Source: Puccinia triticina (taxonomy: Eukaryota). Taken from it: a stretch of 64,000 nt of DNA. The notes under the pieces are model-generated. The model worked only from the letters and a program-made list of their open reading frames with translations, made no database searches and was not told where the DNA came from. A program made the position numbers and the translations under genes. The stretch is from contig CP110439.1 of the NCBI GenBank assembly GCA_026914245.1, positions 2,170,001 to 2,234,000 on the forward strand, read 5' to 3'. This document shows positions 39,739 to 51,845 of the stretch, in pieces. Each line of letters begins with the position of its first letter. Position 1 is the first letter of the stretch.

Positions 39739-41744
39739 TATTCAGAGGTTCATTTCTTTATCTCACCGTTTCAGATCTACCCAGCGTAACTTAGGACCAT
39801 CACCAGATGCGCGAGTTTGAAGGTGGCTCCGACCAGTTGCTTGTTTCCTACACTTTTCCCATGTACTTTTCCCCTTTGTATCAATGTGGAATGAATCTGG
39901 AAGTTTTTTCTCACTTGGACGATCGTCCAACTGATGTGTTTCACACGTCCCAGTCAAACGCTCCTCTTTGGGTCTTACTTCAGAAAGAACCATTGTGATG
40001 TACATCCCAGTATCTCCGGCAAACAATAATCTATTGGTTTGTCTTCCCAGCCATCTGATGTTACCTATCCTCACGTCACCTACCATCACTCAACACATCC
40101 TGTTGAGTCGAGTTACCTTGTCAACTTGGACGATCGTCCAAGTCCATCAGAGACGTAGGCAGAGCCAAGACACTCCTACTACCAATGTTGCTGCCACAAA
40201 ACACACAAAATGTAGTTCTGTAAGGCGTAGGGATTAAAATTGCCCCCTATAGCTGCTGGAAGACTTGGACGATCGTCCAAGTGACAATAATGTCTTGATT
40301 TCCGCAAACATGCCAGCCTCCCACATCCAATCGGGCATGGTGCATTTTGGAGGTGCCTACAGAATCAATGGGGATCTTCACGCATCAATGGAAAACCACT
40401 TTCCAAACTACCCATTGTCTGGTCAGGCCACCGCCGCCAGCCGGCACACATTGCCCACCGCAACAGTATTTGTCCTCTGCTGCCCCCGCCGAGTTCCCCA
40501 TTACAGTAAATATTACTCCGACTTGTCACACCCTCCGATATGGCCAACCCGACTGGCCTCCAGAATGGCTCGATGCCAACGACTGTCTCTAACCTCCGTT
40601 CAAAACTGCGCACAAGCGGCATTCCAACTGGCAATTCCGCATTCGCTCGGTCCATCCACAACTTCACCAGGGTTGTCCTTGGGGTCGAAGCTGCCAAGAG
40701 TGACCTTCCTCCTGCGCCACCACAATCACAACTTTTGACTTTCAAGACTCCATCAAACGAGGCATCCGCTAGTAGTGTTATCCTTGCCCGCTTCCGTTCA
40801 TACCTCTCAGAACACAATGTTGCAGACCTCGAAGTTGGAGGGAGAATCAAGTGTATCCCTATAGTTTGTCGCCAATTTTTCGTGCAAGATATGGCCCACT
40901 TCAATGTTCAACATGTTAGCTTTGCATGGGATCAATCGCCAGATTTGCCTTTTAACGCGTGGTTCGCCAGTATGATATTGAAGCATTGGACTTTTGCAAA
41001 GAATACCGGCCTCTTGTACAAATACGCCATCTCACCCAACGACGACACAGCTGCTCACGGTCAAAAGGTTCTGTTCCGTTGGATTCACGGGCGTCAAGCT
41101 GATCTTTGACGAGTTTTGTCAAATGGATACTACCATTCCAAACCAAAGGTGCATGTGTCACTATCCTTGGTTTGAAACCGATCTCTGGCTGGAGCTGTGA
41201 GAGCTCAGCTCCAGCATCCCATTTTTTTCAAGTCATATCTAACTTACCATTTCCAGAATGAAATATCAAATTGGAAAACAAGTAATCTTGGTTCTACATC
41301 ATATTGTACAAAGTCTTGCAGCTTTAGGAGAGGAACCACCAAGATTCAACATCTGAGCTTAGTTCAAAACACCATTTTATAGCCCCAGCTCCTCACAGCT
41401 CCCTGGGAAAATTGTCACAGCTTGATGGGTTACTGTAGCAAGATTAATCAGCTCCATCCAAATGGACTTCGAAACAGTCACAACGGTATAGCTTGCTGCT
41501 CAGAAACGCTGGGGAAGAGACTGTCACAAAATTACTCAGCTCAGCCCAGCTCCTGACTACAATCGGAAACAGTCTTTCGGCTCCGCAGAGCTCACAGCCA
41601 AGACTTGCCAAGATTACACAGCTCAATTCAGCTTGAACCTACACCAGGACGGTCTTGCAGCTCTTTACAGCTCACTATTAAAAATTCTACTGAGATTAAT
41701 CAGCTCTACCCATCTCCCTCCTACACTCGGCACAGTAATAACTT

Positions 41745-42480
41745 CGGGAGGGTTGTATGCTCTTGATGACTGGTCTGTACCAGTCATCAAGAGCATACAA
41801 ATCTCTTGATGGCCGGTACAGACCGGTCATCAAGAGGATAAAACCCGCTTGATGACTGGTACAGACCGGTCATCAAGAGGGTTGTATATTCCTCTCAATG
41901 AACCGTCTGTGCTGGCCATCAGGAGGTTTGAGTTCTCTCGATGCCTGGTACGCACCAGCCATCTTGATGACCGGTACAGACCGGTCATAAAGAGGATACA
42001 ACCCTCTTGATGAGCGGTACAGACCGGTCATCCAGAGCATACAACCCTCTTGATGAGCGGTACAGACCGGTCATCCAGAGCATACAACCCTCTTGATGAC
42101 CGGTACAGACCGGTCATCAAGAGGGTTGTATCCTCTTGATTACCGGTACAGAGCGGTCATCAAGAGGGTTGTATCCTCTCAAAACGGTCTGTGCCGGCCA
42201 TCAGGAGGTTTTATTTCTCTCAATGCCCAGTATGCACCAGCCATCTTGGTGACCGGTACAGACCGGTCATCAAGAGGATACAACCCTCTTGATGAGAGGT
42301 ACAGACCGGTCATCCAGAGCATACAACCCTCTTGATGACCGGTACAGACCGGTAATCCAGAGCATACAACCCTCTTGATTACCGGTCTGTGCCGGCCATC
42401 AGGAGGTTTGAGTTCTCTCGATGCCCGGTATGCACCAGTCATCAAGAATCCTCTCAATGACCAATAGACCAGTCATCAAC
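41745..42480. repeat. Array of ~43-bp palindromic units
   Basis: Unit TCTTGATGACCGGTACAGACCGGTCATCAAGAGCATACAACCC with higher-order repetition. Confidence 0.9.
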
Positions 42481-42653
42481 ACTGGTGAGTCACCTCAAAT
42501 TAGTTGCAGAGGTGCATTATCTGCTAGAAGGTACTGTGTGTGCTACCCCGCTTGAATAAGCTAAAAATATCCACAAAGAGGAGGGGGGCTGGGCCGGGGC
42601 ACTAGGATGATCGCAAAAACAGGCAATAATTAGGAAAACAATGTTAAATTATC

Positions 42654-45600
42654 TACTGGGAATCGGATTCATGATTGTTATGATTTTCTAGTTCCTCAAG
42701 CTGCAATATCTCCTCCTCTTGTTGCTCTTCTTCATTTTCAAAGTCGAAAATCACTGACTCCCCTTGGACAAGCTTCTCCCAGAGAGAGGAACAGTTTGAT
42801 ACAACTTCACTCCACTGCTGTCGAAGTATTGGTTCATTTTTGTCTTGAGTTTTAATATATTTTTCACTCCAATCCAGAATTTTCAGACAGTCTGAGCTCC
42901 ATGCCATCCATACTCGGCAGTACTTCTTAGCCAGACTGCAGTAAACTGAGGAAATGACCGATTTTGGAAAATTGTGCCTTGTGCAAAGGTCGGATAAGAA
43001 TTGTTGTCGATCGGGGTCTACCGGTGGATCTGAAACCAATTTATTAGCATTTAAATTTAATTTACACAATAGAAACTCTGAGATTCCATACCTTGGGTCA
43101 GCATTTGACATAGGTTATCCAAACATTTTGATTTTGCAATCCCCCACTTGACTGCCTGCCGAGCTTCCCTGGAAATCTGGTGAAGTTCATCCTGGCAATG
43201 GCTGGCAAGCAGCATTGCCTCAATTCCGGTTTGGATGTTTGAGTTGACCGCCCAAGGTTCATTCGGATGTGTCAGCGAGCCAATATTCCAAAAGGGATCC
43301 TCAAGACTCAGCTGCTTAACCTCTTCAAAACTTGGCGAAGAAACTGGGACCTCTGGGTCAAAATTTAAATTGTAATCATGCGCTTTCTTGTTATACGATG
43401 TCCACTTTCTCTTCAAAAGCTTGACTTTAGCACTCATCAACTTTTTCAATCGAGCTTGCAACCGGGTACCTATATGTTCTTATACAAGTCAGTCTGTGAT
43501 CTTAAAACAAAAGTGAATGGTTAAATATTGAATGACCTGATCCCCTTTGATCCCACTTCTTTTGCACTTCGTAAACACCAACTTTAGATTCATGCAGCTT
43601 CGACTTGCTTATTTTGAGCTTTATCAAAGCCTTAGTCTCGGCATCTGTTTTTTTGATTGAGCAGCTTCAGTATCATTCTGAAACTCATAACATTCAGTTT
43701 TAAAAGCTCACCCAAAGCACCAGGCAAATTACGAAATGATTCCGAGCCAAGTTCGTCAATAATATCCGCAATTTGCTCTTCTAGAAGCAAAAGAGAATCT
43801 GGAAGCTGTTCAAGATGCCTTCTTTCCTCCTCAGTTCGATTCCTTCTCCGCCTTTGTCTCAGCAACATCATTTCTTCACTAAAATCAATTGGACGTCATT
43901 GATTTGCATAATTTGATTGGCTATGTATGAAGTACATACTGTGTTTCTTCGAGTTTGTCTTCCAAATCAACAAGCTCTTCAACTTGTTTCATCAAATCCC
44001 TCTCGGTATCAGTCTCCATTGCAGAGAGCTGGCACTCTCTTTGCCTAAGCCATTGTTCATTCAGGTATGCAGTAGAGTGACCAAATAACTCTTCCAATTC
44101 TTCGAGTTTCCTATGAGCATCCTTCATCAAAAACTCAACCTCTATACCTCGTGCTAACAATAGTTTAACTGAAGGAGTTGAATTTATTAATATTTAGGGG
44201 GGATCTTCGAGCAAAAATAGAAACACACACCTGCATTGTTTTTTCCTACTTCATTATGGTGAGAAGACATTAACTCCAACGCATCCAGTCGATGATCCTT
44301 AGTTGAGTATCTCAAAGAGCTTATCAGAGGCGATAAACCAGACCATTTTCGCTCCATCCCTTCCCCATCAGACATTCCCCATCCAATGTTTAGTCTGGGG
44401 TTGTATCGGAGTTGGCACGACCACTGATGTACATAAGCATGGAAAACACTTGTTCCAAACATCAACCGATTTTCACCGCGCTCTTCAGGGAATTGATTTC
44501 TCTGTGGAAGATCGAGGATTAGCATGATAAACTTTGAAGAGATAGTTTAAAAAGATGGAGCTCAAACACTGATGATCCCCTTTTCAATATTGCAACCTAT
44601 ATTGTACAAGAAGGCCAACTTCTTTGGTTTTTCTCCGGTTTCATTTGTTGTTGTGATAAGATTATTGATCATAGTCATCGGAAAGCATGACCTTTTCATT
44701 TAACATAATACAGTTAGTTTTTTGATGTTAAAATAACTTTGAAGATTTTTTTTCAAAACATACTTCTCGCCGCTCTGAACAATATTGATCAACCTCAAAA
44801 GTTGATCGTGTCGACAAGCCATTCCAAAAATTCCAGTATCATCACATGCCTTCCATGTGTTTGGACCACGCAAATCATTTGCTGCTGTATGCTGCTCTGT
44901 ACATCGATCCTAGATAATCAAAAAATATGTAAGCTAAGAATTGAGATCTCTGAGGAATCAACATAATGTACTAAGCTGCTATCTGCATTGATTGCACCGC
45001 GTTCAGTATTCATCTTCTGTTCCATTGTTTCGACTTCTTCGGGGGATATGAAGAGACTCCGGTTTTTTTTTTTTGGCAAGCTCTCAACACTTGCCGCAAG
45101 GTGCCTTCGATGTTGGAAGTTTCCATCCATGCACACAATATAGTCAGGCTCTTCCGGGTTCTTTCCAGCTACTGAAGGTCCGTAGCACTTGGGACAAATA
45201 TCAGCCATCTTATCCATTGGTCCCATTTCAAGAATTTCTTCCGATACCAGCTTTTCTCTTTGTAACATCTCTCGATAGGCATCAACAGCTGCAGCGAGGG
45301 TTCTTCTCCATTGCCGGGTCTAAAATTCAATAATAAAATTGGTATAATGCTCTACTTTTATGATCTCTGCTACATACCGATTTAACAGATTCTGAATTGG
45401 GTGCAGCACAAGCTACAAGAATAAGTGGGTTATTCAGGTCAAGGAACTCGTACAAGGCTTTCGAGAATGGATTAATAGAAACTGCACAATGCTTCCATAT
45501 AATATGGTGAAGGTGTAGAAGTCGGATTGAGAAAGCCGTTCTTGGGAATTTAGGAGAGCCGCCTATGTATCCCATTTGGATAAGCCGAACCTGATCTGCT

Positions 45601-46204
45601 TGGCAATCACAAAATGTTACTTCTTCTCTTTTTCGACCTAATGAATGTTTTGAAAAGTGAATCAGTCATCGCAAGTAAAAAAAAGTGTATTATGATGTTA
45701 ATAGAACCAACTTAAAATATCTACCAGGACAACCGGCCGCTTTCTTAAGTGACTGCAGACACATGTCTCCTTCCAGTCAACATTCCATTTTTCTTGATCT
45801 CCCCAATCAGCAGTTTTTGAAGAACACTGTTTGAAAAACAAGAACATAGCCTCATAAACCTCCTCCCAGTACCTTTCATCAAGAGCCCTCTGCCTTTTGT
45901 AATGCTCGCTTTGAAAATAATTGTGTAGTTGATCAACACGTGAGTAGGGAGGCTGCTGCGTGTCATGTTCCCGGGAGTGGTGAAAGCCTTCATATTGTAT
46001 CTCGTCAAGGTGAATATCATCGTGATTTGGTAGTGCCGGATCCAATTGTGTAGTTGCTGTACTGTCTCCTGGCTGGGAAAGATTGGAACGAAGCGCATGT
46101 TGATGTTCAAGTTCAATCGATCGTGAAAAGGCCAAACCTGCAGCAGTCATTGGTTTGCAAACTCTCTTTCTCCTCTTCCCCCCCTCACCTTCAAATGGAG
46201 GCAT
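42654..46204 (-). CDS. KDZ transposase with CxC1-like cysteine cluster, multi-exon; one predicted catalytic Asp reads Asn
   Basis: CVCS..RKRPVVLVDIL..FCDC..VRLIQMGY..SP..PRTAFS (CxC1-like); CPKCYGP; IVCMDGNFQHRR; GIFGMACRHD; SGEK; FLYNIGC; FHAYVHQWSCQ..YNPR..GWGMSDGEGMERKWS. Full intactness not verified. Confidence 0.9.
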
Positions 46205-46902
46205 CTGGAAATTATGATAAACATTCATGATCAAGGGAGAAAACACCGTCACTTTTGCAAAAATTTGATGTAGAAAAAGAAAGCATATTCACCAAATCGG
46301 GCACAAGAGCGATTTAAAAAATCAATAGGACTGTTGATCGGAGGTTTTGGATTATTCTTTGATTTGAAAATTAAGACGAATCTGAATGTCACAGGGTAAA
46401 GGTTAGTCAGTAGCAATGGAACAAATGGTTTGAGTGTGTAGTTAAATTACCGATCTTGATAGGTTTTCAGAATGTGTACCGAGTGTTTCTTTGAAGGTCG
46501 GGATCGATTTTTCAACCTCAAAGATTGCACAGGTTACTTTTGCCCCCTTTCGGGCGGGACCAAGGCCCAAAAAGTCCCAATTCTCACAGGGAAATTAAGC
46601 ATTTGAGTAAACATTTTTGAACTGAATCAACCAAGTTCCAATCACTTCATGCATTGGGTGATTACCTGGATGAACCTCCCAGTAATCTTAGATGTGTGAA
46701 TAAAGATATGAATACAATTTTCATGTATTTTGTAAGATGTTTGCAGTTGATTTTTCATTGTCTTACGTTTTCATTATCATGAAGGTCCCAGTATTAATTC
46801 AATACAACTCTTCCTTGTCATGAGAGTAATAAAATTCCTGAAGAGAAACTTTGGGAGAAATATTGAACTTATAGACTGGCAGAAGTAACTTGCAATCAAA
46901 TC

Positions 46903-47130
46903 CATCCAAATGTTCAATGTTCACTCCAGTTTAGGATTGTATTACTCCACGCAAAAAAAACAAAACACTGGATAGCTGCTGTTTCATGATGTTTAAGTAT
47001 TATATTGATATAAAATCCAAATGTTCAATTTTCACTCCAGTTTAGGATTATATTACTCCATGCAAAAAAAAAAAAACACCAGACAGCTGCTGTCTGTTTT
47101 ATGATGTTTAAATTTTATATTGATATAAAA
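46903..47130. repeat. Tandem duplication, 2 x ~113 bp
   Basis: ATCCAAATGTTCAAT.TTCACTCCAGTTTAGGATT...TATATTGATATAAAA occurs twice. Confidence 0.85.
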
Positions 47131-47131
47131 A

Positions 47132-48222
47132 GGGGTGGGTGAATTTTACAAAGTGTTTTTTACAAGGTACAAGGCCCTGTAAAAAATTTCCTTGTAAAAG
47201 TAAACTTCAAGGGGGGGTATGTGTAATTTTACAATGTGTTGGCTAGATTCCCACCTTTTAATGTAAAAGCAACCCTGTAAAATTATACCTGAAGTCTTCC
47301 ATGTGGAATTTTACTTGGTGTTTTTTTACAAATTGCCACCTTGTAAGAAAAATACCTTGCAAAATTGCATATTTTCAGCAAAAACCTGAATTTTACAAGG
47401 AAAATTTTGAGGAAGCAGTACACCATGCAAAAAATATGTTGTAAAAATCAATAACAACGACTACCAGGTTCAAATTTACAAGGTGTTGTGGAAATTTTAC
47501 AGGGTGTTTATACTCCTTTTTCCTTTGGAAAATTGACTTCCCCCAACTGCACATTGTCCAATATGCACTCCTGCTGAAATTATTGAAGGTGCAGCAGCAA
47601 TAAGAGAATTCAATCCACTTGCAAAAACTTTGACCAAGGGTTATATGGTGATTCATGACTCCCAGAAACTTCATAATTCCAGCCAAAGTTCATAATTTCC
47701 AAGTGCAGTTGGTAGTAGTGGGTTTTCCAAAAAAAAAAAAACAATTCAAAACTGGCTTGTAAATTTTGCACAGCAACTTGTAAATTTGAACTTGGTAACC
47801 ACTTTTATTGATTTTTACAAGGTAGATTTTGTGCAGCGTACCAAAAACACCTTGTAAAATTCACACAACACCTTGTAATTTCAAACCTAGTTGGCATTGT
47901 TATTGATTTTTACAAGGTATACTTTGCATGGTGTACTGCTTCCTCAACATTTGCTTTGTAAAATTCAGGTTTTTGCTGCAAATATGCAATTTTGCAAGGT
48001 ACTTTTTTTACAAGGTGGCAATTTGTAAAAAAACACCAAGTAAAATTGCACATTGAAGACTTCAGGTATAATTTTACAAGGTTTCTCTTACATTACAAGG
48101 TTGGAATCTAGCCAACACATTGTAAAATTACACATACCCTCCCTTAATGTGTACTTTTACAAAGAAATTTTTTACGGGGCCTTGTACCTTGTAAAAAACA
48201 CTTTGTAAAATTCAATATCCCC
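47132..48222. mobile_element. Mutator-like (MULE) foldback MITE
   Basis: ~370-bp imperfect TIRs starting GGGG and ending CCCC; 9-bp TSD ATATAAAAA (47123-31, 48223-31); rich in TTGTAAAA/TTTTACAA motifs. Confidence 0.88.
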
Positions 48223-49877
48223 ATATAAAAAATGGTTTATATTAATAATGCCTCAAAATTTTTGGCTTTGATCTGAGTGAAGTAAAATGAGACTCAATTT
48301 GGACCAAAACAATGTTTCCAAAAATATACATTGTACAGTTCACATGACTTTGATTGGAATGGTTTGTTATAATTTGAGAAAACCTGCAAACTACTCACCA
48401 AGGCTATGATTCTGCTCCACTTTTAATTTCCAGTGGCATTGTCAGTTGTCTTCAGGAAAATCTGGTAATGTTATGCACAGATGCCATGTTCTTTTGTAAT
48501 GGATATTTGAATTTTCATCAAGAGCTGGTATCAAAATTACTCTCAATCATAAAACATAGAGCAGAAGAAAATTTTACTATGGCTCATTTGTAATCATAAT
48601 TTAAATCAATAGGATCAGGATCATACTTTGCTCTCTGAACTTTCTGAATGACAAAATAAAGATAATCTTTTGCTTTGGTTTATCCAAACATTCCAAATAA
48701 AGAAAAAAGAGAATCTTGTACTTTGGTTTATTCAATTAATGGTTTGCTTTCAGAAAAAAACATAGTGGAAAAAGGAGTCAAAATAAGGACACTGTGATCA
48801 TTTATATTAGTTTTAATTATTCTCATCAATCTTCTGACAAAGCCATTCAAGTTTCATCTTCTCCTGATTTCTTCTGTTGGAGATTGGCTTTCTTGAGATT
48901 ATCAAGTTGAGTCTAGAGGGGTTTGTTTGTATCTGTGCTATTGCAAGTTTGGTCGCTGTGCCTGGGGGTCTTCCAGGTGAAAGGTATGTGAAATATACAT
49001 ATTGCCAGATAGATGGGCCCCCCGGCATTCGCACTTTTCACACTTCCGCCGCCCCCCAACTGCCGGCCAAATTCCGCCAACCATCCGGCCGCTACCAGCC
49101 GATACTTTGCCATACGCCTACATTCGATCACGCGAGCTCCGCCACGGTACTTGGACCAAACGGGTGGACTGTGAATCGCGTATAGTTGGCTCTCCAGGTA
49201 TGTATGTATCAATGCAGTTTCGCATACTTCCGTTATCCACCCGACTGCTATCAGCCAACAGTTTCCCATACAGTAGATCTAACGAATTCCGCCGAGGTAC
49301 GTAATCCAATTGGGCAGACTGTGGATCGCCTATCGCCCATTGGCTCTCCAGGTATTGGTGCTGTTTGAGATGCTTCGGCCATCCACCTTACCACTATTGG
49401 CTGATACAAGTTTCACAAATATACCCAGCACAACTACGCAGGCATTCGACGATTCGAGCTGGTTTTGGACAACAGCCCCCTTCCCGCACTGCTTGCACCC
49501 AGCTCAAAAAAATCTCGATCTAGCACTGTTGTAACCGCTTCAAACGTCGTTGGCACCCAGCTCGCTCCACCGTTTTTAACCGGCCTGCACGATCCGAAGT
49601 CGGCTGCTTAACTCAATCACGGTTTGTTAATTTTATTTTGATTGTGATCTCCCTCCCCCGAACCCATTTTTTATTGTATGGTGCTGCAGGATGGGGGTGT
49701 TGGGCGTCCAGCCTCCATCCTATTGTGGTATGGATTGGTCTTCGGCGTACAGTCAAGGCCCTTTCATACCTACCATGTCCGAATTTCTTGGGTTCAGGAC
49801 TTAGAGGCGAGGCGGGGTTACAGCTCAACTGACTTGCAATTCTTGATCCAGTTTTCGCGGAGTTAACACAAATCATC

Positions 49878-51624
49878 ATGCGCGGTATTGACTACACCGA
49901 GGCGGATTCCTGCACATTGATGAGACAAACGAATAACTGGCTGCTAAAACTGCATCCCAATTGCTCCACCGAGGTGGTGGACTTTGATTTGATGGCGGTA
50001 TTTATTATGCAGGAGACAAACGATAATATACATATCACCCGTTTGATCAAGGCGGTAATTGAAACTTTCTCTGATCCTGGTCAACCTCGAACTACTCGTC
50101 AGAACCAGCTCCTACATGCCTCCCTTCTTGTCCAACAAACGATCAAGAACTATGAGAAAGATTCCCAGGTGCAATCCGGTTTGAGAATGCCTTTCTGTCT
50201 TCGTTATCTCAACCTTGTCTCTGTTCGAAATCACGCACGGAGTTTGGAAATGCAGTGTAGAATATTAGATCCCAAGAAGATGGTGGTTCTTCTTGACGAG
50301 AATGGGATATGTGTCGGTGTTGGTCTGCCACCTTATCCGGCCCCAGCCCAAGGTTCAGTGCATGTTGCCCATGATGTGTGTAATTTTTATCATCCCAATA
50401 AATTCAATAGCCAAATAAACTGATTGCGTCAATTTAAGACCCGCGCATTGAACTCTCTTAAGGAAATGGTGGCAAAGAAGGTTTGTAAGTTGCACATCAA
50501 CCAGCAACCTCCAGCTTATCTTGCCGAGGCTCCCAAAGGACCGCCAAAAACACCTTTTCCAATCAACTCCACAACAAAAGGGGATATTCGATCACCGTCA
50601 GAAAGCTTGGATGCCAGTGTTTCATTTCAGGCATACGGATTTGGGCTGGGAGGGGTACATGTTTTGTTTATCATTGTTGAAAAGAATCAATTTACTGAAC
50701 ACTGTTTCTTTGCTAGAAAAAATCTGTTGGCGTCCTTGACAAGAAAATTCAGTTCACTGCAGATTCAATCAAGATCGATGAACTTCAAGGACACGGATCT
50801 AGTTGGAAAGACAACCAACAAATTCCGGCACTGCCCAATCCCCTGCGTGAATGCCCCAACACCGATGATACTGAAGCTATCACGAAGTTGCGAAACGAAA
50901 CAACCTTTTATTCAAAACTCAACTACGCGATCAATTGCGCATTTCTACCCAAATCGACCTCTGTAGCCATGAAAGCCATTGAATATCTGAATGAACATGG
51001 GAGCGATTCAGTAAAAGAAAAATTACAGCTTGAAAAGAATATGATTGTTGCCTGTAAGTGGTGTTTCACAAATTTCTTGCTTCACATCAAGCTAACATGT
51101 ATTTATTTCATCAAACAGCTCGGACAGCAAGTGTCAATATGCAAATCCACACGCACCGGGACAAGAAAAATGCGCTCCTCTTTGATTCTGTTTTCTTTTT
51201 TGGAAATCATTATGGAGGCGAATTCCTTTTGCCTTCGCTAGGAGTTGCATATACTGGTCTACATGGGTATTCCTTTCATGGACCTTTCCGCATTCTCTAC
51301 CACGGGGTTGCTAAGTTTTACTTCAAAGAAGATTTAAAGGAACCACCACAGCGATTTTCACTTGCGATGTGGAGCCGTGAAAGTTCATTTACTGCAGTTG
51401 CTAGGCACGCAGCCTATCTTTTGAAGAAAAACAAGGTACTGCACTTTATAATTTGGTTTGGATATCAATTTTCTGACGATGTATTTTGTTTCTCTTAGAT
51501 TTACAGCGATCCAAATTATTGGCTACCACTTTATCCAAAATACCAATCCAGTTTGGTCCAGACACATTTTGAAGACTTCAAGAAAAGTTCAAGAATGAGA
51601 ACAAAATCTAAAAACCAATCATAA
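49878..51624 (+). CDS. TET/JBP-like 2OG-Fe(II) dioxygenase, 5 exons, ~497 aa, apparently intact
   Basis: Exons 49878-50375, 50439-50654, 50717-51053, 51119-51435, 51499-51624 splice in frame; HxD (HTHRDKKN), GGEFLLPSLG, distal His (LYHGV) and Arg (RFSLAMW); lies inside a KDZ element. Confidence 0.8.
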
Positions 51625-51845
51625 CTATAGTTTCATTTCAAATTTTCAATTGGTGCTCCGCTTTGTTAATTCATCAATCAATTTGAAATTCTACACTTGT
51701 TTTCTCTGCAACTCAAATTTTTATGATGTTATTTTTATTTGAGAGGAGACTGCACAGTTCGGGTTTGGTTTATAACCCGTATTTTTATTCCTATTATGAA
51801 TCAGATAAACATAGTTTGGCTATAAAAATAATTATCAATCCGAAT

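Noticed and set aside
49130..49420. Imperfect ~145-bp direct repeat (TTGGCTCTCCAGGTAT) upstream of the TET-like gene
   Set aside because: Real but only two diverged copies; I could not tell whether it is an upstream exon or a promoter duplication.
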